32,000 nucleotides of DNA. Source: Synechococcus sp. A15-24. Lineage in GTDB: Bacteria; Cyanobacteriota; Cyanobacteriia; PCC-6307; Cyanobiaceae. Below are positions 1 through 7,416 of this stretch, piece after piece. The position numbers and the translations under genes are program-made. Location of the stretch: contig NZ_CP047960.1 of the NCBI RefSeq assembly GCF_014280195.1, forward strand, positions 1,200,001 through 1,232,000. The letters run 5' to 3'. The notes under the pieces are model-generated. The model was given only the letters and a program-made list of their open reading frames with translations. It made no database searches and was not told the DNA's origin. Each line of letters begins with the position of its first letter. Positions within the stretch are counted from its first letter, which is position 1.

Positions 1-13
1 GATTCAACATTGC

Positions 14-2476
14 TTGAAGTCAACTGAGCTTGTGCACGCGCTCGACCCGATCCATGAGTGGTTTGACCACCAAGGCTGGACACCACTGCCCTTTCAACAG
101 GTCACCTGGGAGGCCTACCTCGAGGGTCGCAGCGGCCTGATCCAGGTGCCCACAGGATCCGGCAAGACCTTCGCTGCGGTGATGGGACCAATCGCCCGGA
201 TTCTGGCGGACGAGAGCACGACCAAAGGAATTCGGTTGCTGTATCTCACCCCGCTCAGGGCTCTGAGCCGTGATCTCGCCCTTGCTATCCGCGAACCGAT
301 CGAGGCGATGCAATGGCCCCTGCGCGTGGGCATCCGCAATGGCGACAGCAGCAGCAGTGAACGAGCAAAACAACTGAAATCGCCGCCACAGATTCTGGTG
401 ACCACACCGGAATCCCTGACGCTGCTGCTCAGCAACTCGAAGGCGGAGGAGCTGTTCAGTGGTCTGGACACGGTGGTGCTGGATGAATGGCACGAGTTGA
501 TGGGCAGCAAGCGCGGAAGCCAGACGGAGCTTTGCCTCAGCTGGTTGCGGCAACAACGGCCCCAACTGCAGACCTGGGCCATCAGCGCCACCATCGGCAA
601 CCTGGAACAGGCAGCACGTCATGCCCTTGGCACGGAGGGCGACCCACTCATCGTGGGGGGCGCCCCTGCCCGCAGCACCGACATCAACAGCATCCTTCCG
701 GAGACGGTTGACGGCTTTCCCTGGGCCGGGCACCTGGGGCTACGGATGTACGAAGAGCTGGTGGCGCGGCTCAATCCAGGGGTCAGCACGCTGCTGTTCA
801 CCAACACCCGCAACCAGTCGGAGCGATGGCACCAATGCCTTCGCTTCGCCTGCCCGGAGATGGAGGACGCCCTGGCCCTGCATCACAGCGCCATTGACCG
901 CAGTGAACGGGAGGCGATTGAAGCGGCCGTGAAGGCCGGCGGCATCCGTTGGGTGGTGTGCACCAGCTCGTTGGATCTTGGCGTTGATTTCCAACCGGTG
1001 GAACAGGTGGTGCAGATCGGCAGCCCCAAGAACCTGGCGCGGCTGTTGCAGCGAGCTGGCCGTTCGGCCCACTTGCCGGGCGGCACCTCACAGGTGCTGT
1101 TCATGCCCACCAATGCCCTCGAACTGCTGGAACTGAGTGCCGTGCGGCGCGGCCTCGACGAAGGGCTGGTGGAACAGCGCAAGCCACCACATGCACCGTT
1201 GGATGTGCTGCTGCAACACCTCACCAGCCTCGCCTGCGGGCCTGGATTTGATCCCGATCACACACTGCAGTCGATTCGCCAGTGCGCCGCTTACTGCGAT
1301 CTGACGCAACAAGACTGGGACTGGTGCCTGCTGTTTCTGGAACAGGGCGGCGAATGCCTGACGGCCTATCCCCGCTACCGAAAACTGGAATGGGACCAGG
1401 AAACGGGCCGATATCGCATCCGCGAAAAGGCGATTGCCCGATTGCATCGGCTCAACATCGGCACGATCACGGCGGCTCCGGCGATCACGGTGCGTTTTGT
1501 GCGTGGAGCCGTTCTGGGTCACGTGGAGGAAACGTTCATCAGTCAGCTCAAGCCGAAGGATGTGTTCTTCTTTTCCGGCCGGCAGCTGGAGTTTGTACGG
1601 CTGAGAGACATGACCGCATACGTCAAGGTGAGCAACCGCAAGACCCGTACGGTGCCGGCCTGGGCCGGCGGTCAGATGGCGCTGTCTGACCTCCTGACGC
1701 ATCACCTCCGCCTGGAGGTGGACCGGGCCAGCCGCGGCGAGCTCGACACACTGGAACTGAAGGCACTTGAGCCCCTGTTCGAACGCCAGCAGGATCTCTC
1801 CGTGCTGCCAAGGATCGGTCAGCTGTTGATCGAAACCTGCTCCACACGGGAGGGCACACACCTCTACGCCTACCCCTTTGAGGGTCGGTTCGTGCATGAG
1901 GGAATCGGCTTCCTCTGGGCCTCCCGTCTCACCCGCCTGGAGCGGGGAACCATCACGGTTTCCGTCAACGACTACGGCTTTGAGCTGTTGGCCCCGAAGG
2001 GCTACCCCATGGCTGAATTACTGGAGGATCACAGCGAATTGCTGTTGGACCGTCAGAACCTCAAACGAGATCTGCAGAACGCGTTGAACCTCTCGGAACT
2101 GCAACGGCGGCGTTTCCGAGCCATCGCCCAGATCGCTGGATTGATGAATCGCGGCTTCCCGGGGTCGAGCAAGAGTACTGGACAGCTGCAGATCAGTGCG
2201 TCGCTGCTATTTGACGTGTTCAGCCGCCATGAACCGGAGAATCGTTTGCTGCGCCAAGCCCAGCGCGAAGTGCTGGAGGAACAACTGGAACTGCCGCGGC
2301 TCGAGGCAGCTCTGGAACGCGCCGCTTCACAGGAATGGCTGCACGTTTCAACCCCCCGACCAGGACCCCTCGCCTTTCCCCTGCTGGTGGAGCGACTCAA
2401 CAATCGCATGAGCAATGAATCCGTGCTGGAACGGGTTCAACGGATGCGGGATGAAGCCCTGCGGCGGGAACACTGA
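14..2476 (+). CDS. lhr: Lhr-type DEXH-box ATP-dependent helicase (resembles ligase-associated DNA-damage-response helicases)
   Basis: 820-aa ORF with Walker A 'QVPTGSGKT', DExH-like 'VVLDEWHE', helicase-C motifs 'SSLDLGVDF' and 'LQRAGRSAH', and a long Lhr-type C-terminal extension. The start at 14 is TTG and the frame stays open to position 2, so the true start may lie upstream of the window. Confidence 0.85.
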   Translation: MKSTELVHALDPIHEWFDHQGWTPLPFQQVTWEAYLEGRSGLIQVPTGSGKTFAAVMGPIARILADESTTKGIRLLYLTPLRALSRDLALAIREPIEAMQWPLRVGIRNGDSSSSERAKQLKSPPQILVTTPESLTLLLSNSKAEELFSGLDTVVLDEWHELMGSKRGSQTELCLSWLRQQRPQLQTWAISATIGNLEQAARHALGTEGDPLIVGGAPARSTDINSILPETVDGFPWAGHLGLRMYEELVARLNPGVSTLLFTNTRNQSERWHQCLRFACPEMEDALALHHSAIDRSEREAIEAAVKAGGIRWVVCTSSLDLGVDFQPVEQVVQIGSPKNLARLLQRAGRSAHLPGGTSQVLFMPTNALELLELSAVRRGLDEGLVEQRKPPHAPLDVLLQHLTSLACGPGFDPDHTLQSIRQCAAYCDLTQQDWDWCLLFLEQGGECLTAYPRYRKLEWDQETGRYRIREKAIARLHRLNIGTITAAPAITVRFVRGAVLGHVEETFISQLKPKDVFFFSGRQLEFVRLRDMTAYVKVSNRKTRTVPAWAGGQMALSDLLTHHLRLEVDRASRGELDTLELKALEPLFERQQDLSVLPRIGQLLIETCSTREGTHLYAYPFEGRFVHEGIGFLWASRLTRLERGTITVSVNDYGFELLAPKGYPMAELLEDHSELLLDRQNLKRDLQNALNLSELQRRRFRAIAQIAGLMNRGFPGSSKSTGQLQISASLLFDVFSRHEPENRLLRQAQREVLEEQLELPRLEAALERAASQEWLHVSTPRPGPLAFPLLVERLNNRMSNESVLERVQRMRDEALRREH

Positions 2477-2551
2477 CCAAGCAATGGGTGGTTGTTCGGG
2501 TTGACGACCATCGGGAGATCCCGTTTAAAGAGAGCCTTAGTCGTTTTCACG

Positions 2552-2728
2552 ATGTCCAACTCCACCAATTTCGATGTTGTTCCGACTGAGGATGGGGCTG
2601 GCTACTGGGTGAAGATCTGTTCGGAAGAACGCTGCTGCCGAGCCTTTGTCTCTTCGATGCACATGGCAGACGGCAAACGTCCACAACTGCTCAGTTGTTT
2701 GCACGACAGCAAAATGGTTTCCCATTGA
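2552..2728 (+). CDS. hypothetical small protein (58 aa)
   Basis: ATG at 2552 inside the 78-aa ORF of the track (2492..2728). Lies in a low-GC segment and has no recognisable motif. Confidence 0.3.
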   Translation: MSNSTNFDVVPTEDGAGYWVKICSEERCCRAFVSSMHMADGKRPQLLSCLHDSKMVSH

Positions 2729-2836
2729 TTTGCTCATGAAAGTCAATCTGCCTAAGCTCGGCGGAGAGGCTTTAGATCCATCAAAACAATTCAACTGATC
2801 GAGTTTCTCAGCACGCGCAGTGTTCTCACTGACGTT

Positions 2837-3672
2837 TTGAGTGATGATGACATTATTGCCCTTGTTCCCCACCTTGGGGTCGAGACTGTCGACGCAGATA
2901 TGGTTTTAAGGCCAGAAGGCGAACCCGATTGCAGCCTGCTCATCGTGGTCAGCGGCGAGGTTCGACTTAGCCACGACGGGACAGAAATCGACAAACTTCA
3001 TCCTGGGCAAACTTTCGGCGAGGAGCCTTTTCGGAAGATGGAACCAGCTTTGAGCAGGCATCTGCCACTTTGGAAACCGTTGTGGCGCGGCTCGAAATGA
3101 AGCATTTCGAGAACTTTCTTCAGCAAAATTGCAAAGCAGCACAAAAATTAAAACAGTACTTTAATAACTTGCACCGCAAGCGATTGCACGAAGTTGAGGG
3201 AATCAGTTTCACAGACGAAAGAAGATTTCTCGCTCTTGTTGCGCACAACGAAATGAAACCTAGCTTGATGGAATTTGCAAAAAATCATCAAGACAAATTA
3301 CGGCGTTTTCATCTAATCGCCACAGGTACGACAGGTATCAAGCTGTATCAGGAAACAGGTTTAATGCTCTCTAAGAAGGTGGCTTCTGGCCCTCTTGGCG
3401 GAGATCAAGCCATTGGAAAAATGATTTCCGAAAGCAGCATTCTTGGAATGATCTTCTTTCGCGATCCACTTTCCGCCCATCCCCACCACGCCGATATCGA
3501 GGCGCTGGGACGGCTGTGTGACGTTTATCAGGTGCCGTTTGCCACCAATCCAGGGGGCGCTGCCGCCATTCTCAACTACTTGTTGGTCGATCATCCCGAG
3601 GAGGCAGTGATTCCCAATCGCGTGTTGGAGAACTACAGAAATCAGCAGAAAAAAGTCGTCGCATCGGCGTGA
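2837..3672 (+). pseudogene. cNMP-binding domain fused to a methylglyoxal-synthase-like domain; reading frame broken near 3020-3027
   Basis: Frame 2 (2837..3100) encodes a cNMP-binding beta-roll, 'LLIVVSGEVRLSHDGTEIDKLHPGQTFGEE'. The rest of the domain, 'AFSEDGTSFEQASATLETVVARLEMKHFENFL', reads on in frame 1, which opens at 2971 and continues into ORF 3070..3672. There is no ATG for the N-terminal part (TTG at 2837; frame open from 2756). Confidence 0.55.
3070..3672 (+). CDS. mgsA: methylglyoxal synthase-like protein (C-terminal MGS domain; N-terminus is the tail of a cNMP-binding domain)
   Basis: Matches the E. coli MgsA blocks 'LALVAHNEMK', 'IATGTTG', 'SGPLGGDQAIG' and 'FFRDPLSAHPHHADIEAL', with the catalytic Asp and His positions conserved. 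TTG at 3070; first in-frame ATG at 3097. Confidence 0.8.
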   Translation: METVVARLEMKHFENFLQQNCKAAQKLKQYFNNLHRKRLHEVEGISFTDERRFLALVAHNEMKPSLMEFAKNHQDKLRRFHLIATGTTGIKLYQETGLMLSKKVASGPLGGDQAIGKMISESSILGMIFFRDPLSAHPHHADIEALGRLCDVYQVPFATNPGGAAAILNYLLVDHPEEAVIPNRVLENYRNQQKKVVASA

Positions 3673-4853
3673 CCAGCTCCTGGGCCACGTTCATCGCCCT
3701 CTACCTGCGGATCGGACTCCTTGGCTTCGGTGGTCCCCAGGCTCACATCGCCATGCTTCGGGAGGAGATCGTGCTCAGCCGAGGTTGGGTTGATGCCGAT
3801 CGCTTCGATGAAGGCCTGGGTCTCTGTGAAGCGCTGCCTGGTCCCGCCTCCAGCCAGATGGCGATCTACCTGGGATGGCTCCAACGTGGCTTGCCGGGGG
3901 GGTTGATCAGTGGGATCTGTTTTCTGCTGCCCGGCCTTTTGATCGTGCTGGCCCTCAGTGAGCTCTGGCGCAACGGGCAATCCATCCCCAGCTTCACAAC
4001 GGCACTGCAGACGCTGCAACCGGTGATCGCAGCCATCATCTGGGCCTTTGCCTGGAAGCTCCTGCGCAACCGCAGGGCTGGATGGCAACGCATCACAGCT
4101 GGTCTAGTGATGCTCGGTGGACTGCTCAACAGCTTCAGCCCCCTGACATTTCCAGCTGGTGGTCTGCTGTTGCTGGCCGGTCTGAGCCGATGGCTGATCG
4201 CACAAACGCCATCAGCACCAACGCCACCTTCGGCAGGCAACGCTGGACTGTTGGCACCGGTCCCCCTGGCCACAGCTCCCCTGCTTTTTGGCTCATGGGG
4301 CCTGCTGGGCCAGTTATTCGCCGTGTTTTTCAAAACAGGCCTACTGGTGTTTGGCGGAGGATTGGTGATCATTCCCCTGCTTGAGCAGCAGGTGGTGTCG
4401 CTGGGCTGGCTGAACTCCGCTCAATTCCTCGACGGCGTCGCGATCGGTCAGATTTCACCTGGCCCTGTGGTTCTTACCAGTGCTTTCGTCGGTTACCAGG
4501 CCGCCTGGCAGGAAGGGGGAGTCTCGTTTGCTGTCTTGGCTGCCTGCACGGCAACAGCCGCCATTTTCCTGCCCAGCTTTGCGTTCATCCTTGTGGGGGC
4601 ATCCTTTTTGCAACGGCTCCGCCAACGACCATCGGTGAAAACGGTGCTGAGTGGTCTGCTGGCGGGCGTGCCCGGAGCCGTCGCAGCGGCTGCAGTTCCG
4701 TTGACATGGACAGCTGTGGAGAGTGGCGTGATCTGGGTGCAGCTTCTGCTGTTCAGCCTTGCGCTGTGGCTGAGCGTGACTGGACGAATGAAACCTCTGC
4801 CGCTGATCAGCGCATCCCTGATGATCGGGTTGTTGCTGGAGTGGCTTCGTTGA
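3669..4853 (+). CDS. chrA: chromate ion transporter (CHR family)
   Basis: 394-aa polytopic membrane ORF with two CHR half-domains, 'FGGPQAHIAMLREEIV' and 'LLVFGGGLVIIPLLEQQVV'. The GTG start overlaps the upstream stop (GTGA at 3669-3672). Confidence 0.9.
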   Translation: MTSSWATFIALYLRIGLLGFGGPQAHIAMLREEIVLSRGWVDADRFDEGLGLCEALPGPASSQMAIYLGWLQRGLPGGLISGICFLLPGLLIVLALSELWRNGQSIPSFTTALQTLQPVIAAIIWAFAWKLLRNRRAGWQRITAGLVMLGGLLNSFSPLTFPAGGLLLLAGLSRWLIAQTPSAPTPPSAGNAGLLAPVPLATAPLLFGSWGLLGQLFAVFFKTGLLVFGGGLVIIPLLEQQVVSLGWLNSAQFLDGVAIGQISPGPVVLTSAFVGYQAAWQEGGVSFAVLAACTATAAIFLPSFAFILVGASFLQRLRQRPSVKTVLSGLLAGVPGAVAAAAVPLTWTAVESGVIWVQLLLFSLALWLSVTGRMKPLPLISASLMIGLLLEWLR

Positions 4854-4854
4854 G

Positions 4855-5397
4855 ATGAAGCTGTTTCTGGTGGTGCTGGGAGGTCGTTGTCGGGGTTGCC
4901 ATACCGAGCAGCACGACGTGCGATGGGTGGTGGGAGAGGAGATTGAAGACACCTACCCCCAGTTGATTCAGCAATGGATCGGACTTCGCCGCGGACTGCA
5001 TCTCGACAGTTATCGCACTGTCGAACGTATCGACAACCACCTGGTTGAGGTGCTCCCTGGCCCTCTTGCGTCGAGGGAAAAGAAGACCGATGGCACGGCG
5101 AAGCTTTGGTTTGTCAATCTTGGGGCCTATGACCCCAGCTCAATGGCGGAACGTCATCACTTCGGACTGGTAGTGGCTCGATCCACAGCGAGCGCCAAAG
5201 CGGCGGCCAAGCGTCGCTGGCTCAAGGGACTCGAACAGATCCACAAAGACGATCTGCACAGCGTGATGCAGGAACCTGAGCTCGACGACCTGTTGCCGAT
5301 CGACGGCAACGGGCAGTGGAGTCTCCGACTGACACTGGTGAACGAGGGTGATGATCCATCGGACCGGCCTGATTGGTATGGCTACCGGTTGATCTGA
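4855..5397 (+). CDS. DUF1543-like protein (two repeats)
   Basis: 'MKLFLVVLGGRCRGCHTEQHDVRWVVGEEIEDTYPQLIQQWIG...HLDSY', followed by a second repeat 'KLWFVNLGAYDPSSMAERHHFGLVVA...HKDDL'. I recognise this pattern from memory as DUF1543. The ATG sits 1 nt after the chrA stop. Confidence 0.7.
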   Translation: MKLFLVVLGGRCRGCHTEQHDVRWVVGEEIEDTYPQLIQQWIGLRRGLHLDSYRTVERIDNHLVEVLPGPLASREKKTDGTAKLWFVNLGAYDPSSMAERHHFGLVVARSTASAKAAAKRRWLKGLEQIHKDDLHSVMQEPELDDLLPIDGNGQWSLRLTLVNEGDDPSDRPDWYGYRLI

Positions 5398-5417
5398 GAC
5401 CTCCACCAGGGCTGACT

Positions 5418-5612
5418 TCAACGGTTCCCCGTGAAGCTGACGTTCAGATCCTCACCACAACTCATCAGAAAAGCCACCTCGGCCCGGTCTGAGAGAAACA
5501 TGCAGGTGGTGGCACCACTCCTCTCCTGGTAGCAATACACATCCATCCCTTCCGATGGTTGGGATGACGTCACAACCTGTCCGTCACGAAGAATGTATCG
5601 GTTCAAATTCAT
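5418..5612 (-). CDS. hypothetical protein (64 aa)
   Basis: ORF with an ATG start, convergent with the DUF1543 gene. No motif recognised. Confidence 0.4.
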   Translation of the reverse strand: MNLNRYILRDGQVVTSSQPSEGMDVYCYQERSGATTCMFLSDRAEVAFLMSCGEDLNVSFTGNR

Positions 5613-5791
5613 GACTCAGGTTCCCTTCTGCTACAGGGGCGGCATCGACTGGGCAACAAATATGTCGATCACAACAAATAAGAGGACCAGGCATGTCCAT
5701 AACGACCATCAGACCATCCCAGACGCGACAAGGGCTATGGAGACGACAAGCCGCTGATACCGGCTAGAACGTCCACAGTTGTTAGGGCCGC

Positions 5792-5974
5792 ATGTTTCAA
5801 AAATTTCCGGCGCTGCGCCGTGTGTCGATCTACATGGTGCTGAGCTACGTCGCCTTGACGTTGGTCAACAACAGCCCCCTGGATCTGGACAACATGTGGG
5901 TGGTGTACCTACCCATGTTCATCACGGCATACATATTTTCACGATGGCTGGACAGCCGCTTCAACCAGGGATGA
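5792..5974 (+). CDS. small membrane protein (60 aa, two hydrophobic segments)
   Basis: Contains 'VSIYMVLSYVALTLV' and 'MWVVYLPMFITAYIF'. Its stop overlaps the ATG of the next ORF (ATGA at 5971-5974). Confidence 0.45.
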   Translation: MFQKFPALRRVSIYMVLSYVALTLVNNSPLDLDNMWVVYLPMFITAYIFSRWLDSRFNQG

Positions 5975-6237
5975 CTCAAGAGCAGGTTCAACCACTGAAG
6001 GAGAAGGAAAAAGAGGAATGGCGACAATTCCTGCTTGAGCAGCTGATCAATTTTCTGGAACAGAACCGAGACAGCATCCTCTCGAATTACGAAAGCATCA
6101 ACACGGGACAACTCAGCCGTGAGGCTATCGAAGCCCACGGACTGCTTGATTTCGACCTATCCATCACCCTCCACCAGGACAAAAAGCAAAGTTTTGGCTT
6201 GGGCTCAGGTTTCTTCAAGGCCAATCTGATCCGCTGA
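5971..6237 (+). CDS. hypothetical acidic protein (88 aa)
   Basis: Internal ATG of the 152-aa track ORF ('MTQEQVQPLKEKEKEEW...'). Translationally coupled to 5792..5974 through ATGA. Confidence 0.45.
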   Translation: MTQEQVQPLKEKEKEEWRQFLLEQLINFLEQNRDSILSNYESINTGQLSREAIEAHGLLDFDLSITLHQDKKQSFGLGSGFFKANLIR

Positions 6238-6320
6238 AATCAGCCGCTTGTTATCAAGTTGTGAACACCAATTGACGCATCGCGATCTCTTCCTAGCGTT
6301 CAAGCAATCGCAGATTGATC

Positions 6321-6464
6321 ATGCGGGAACAGATTCTGGATGAGCTAATTCAGATGGACACCTGGGACTGGTGGAAATCTCTCATCTATGAGCTAAGAGA
6401 GCGCAAGGATTACGCCGAGGCGGAGGCTGTCTTCAACGAATTCAAATTGAATGACAGGCGTTAA
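6321..6464 (+). CDS. hypothetical small protein (47 aa)
   Basis: ATG ORF 'MREQILDELIQMDTWDWWKSLIYELRERKDY...', below the track cut-off. It overlaps a remnant-like sequence on the opposite strand. Confidence 0.25.
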   Translation: MREQILDELIQMDTWDWWKSLIYELRERKDYAEAEAVFNEFKLNDRR

Positions 6465-6729
6465 GGGCTGCTGCTGGTTTGTTGCGTTAGCAACAGGCGT
6501 CATGGCAACACCGAGCCATGCATTAACGGAATGTGAGTTTATACAGCGAACAATGAACAAATTAGGATCACGGATGTCAATCCTTCGCATGACAATCGCA
6601 ACATCTGACAATCAAATTGCTCAAGAGGAAGCCAGCAACCAATTGCTTAGCGACACAGACGATTACAGATTGGCCAAAAAGCAATATGAGCCCTCAGATT
6701 GCGGGCCTGATCGCTGGAGCCGCGATTAA
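6451..6729 (+). CDS. small secreted protein (92 aa, signal-peptide-like N-terminus)
   Basis: The N-terminus 'CCWFVALATGVMATPSHA' looks like a signal peptide with an AxA-type cleavage site. Confidence 0.4.
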   Translation: MTGVKGCCWFVALATGVMATPSHALTECEFIQRTMNKLGSRMSILRMTIATSDNQIAQEEASNQLLSDTDDYRLAKKQYEPSDCGPDRWSRD

Positions 6730-6769
6730 CAAGCCGCCAATGGATCATGCAACGGTCATGACCAAGCTG

Positions 6770-7027
6770 TTAACTAGATTCTATATCATGAATGATCATC
6801 GTTACATATGCCTTTTCAGGTTGAACAGCCTCAACCAGTTCGTATTCTTTTGACGGGATCTCCAACTGAGGCATGCTCTCATGAGTGACGTTCAACGAGT
6901 TCACAAACGACTCGAGCATGGAGGCAACAATTTTGAACATGGGGAACAGCACACGTTCCCCAAACACAACGGTTGTTGCCAACACAACAATACTGGTATC
7001 CAACACAGGGTTGTTCAATCTAGCCAT
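6770..7027 (-). CDS. hypothetical protein (85 aa)
   Basis: ATG ORF directly downstream of the DUF4278 gene on the same strand. No motif recognised. Confidence 0.4.
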   Translation of the reverse strand: MARLNNPVLDTSIVVLATTVVFGERVLFPMFKIVASMLESFVNSLNVTHESMPQLEIPSKEYELVEAVQPEKAYVTMIIHDIESS

Positions 7028-7079
7028 GGCTCAAACCCAAGAGTTCAGCCACCATACGTGAATTCAATCAAGATGTCTC

Positions 7080-7100
7080 GGACCAGAAATATTCTGGTCC
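7080..7100 (-). other. perfect hairpin (9-bp stem, 3-nt loop) between two minus-strand ORFs
   Basis: GGACCAGAA-ATA-TTCTGGTCC, lying 9 nt beyond the stop of 7109..7285. Confidence 0.4.
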
Positions 7101-7108
7101 GGCATCCC

Positions 7109-7285
7109 TCATTTCGTATACGACACACCGCGATAGGTTAATGCGATCGCGTTTGTCGCCAGTGCATTAGCAGCTTCCAACCTGCGTGCTTGATACACCT
7201 TTCCCTGATAACGGAGCTGAACATCCGGCTTCACCTGCGGAGTACAAGACTTGGTGTGGGTGTTGCCCAGAAACGTCAGTTGCAT
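7109..7285 (-). CDS. DUF4278-like small protein (58 aa)
   Basis: Internal ATG gives 'MQLTFLGNTH...VQLRYQGKVYQ...IALTYRGVSYTK', three copies of the (L)xYRGxxY motif typical of cyanobacterial DUF4278. The track's longer N-terminus (to 7387) is hydrophobic and AT-rich and is probably not translated. Confidence 0.7.
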   Translation of the reverse strand: MQLTFLGNTHTKSCTPQVKPDVQLRYQGKVYQARRLEAANALATNAIALTYRGVSYTK

Positions 7286-7390
7286 GGCTTTGAAAATGAC
7301 TCGCGAATTTGCGGCCATCGCCAAATAAAAAACAAGTTCGGCGCAGCACAAAATGATTTTGACAATATAAAAACGTTTAGAGCGCACCTT

Positions 7391-7416
7391 TAAATTGTTC
7401 CATTAGGAACATTTTA
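7391..7416. promoter_or_regulatory. 26-nt near-perfect palindrome in an AT-rich intergenic region
   Basis: TAAATTGTTCC-ATTA-GGAACATTTTA: core TGTTCC/GGAACA is perfect and the flanking arms have one mismatched pair. It lies upstream of the DUF4278 gene. Confidence 0.35.

Noticed and set aside
20-1897. Several minus-strand ORFs of 110-269 aa inside the helicase gene
   Set aside because: They lie antisense to a gene that carries a full set of helicase motifs, and their composition is Arg/Pro/Ala-rich.
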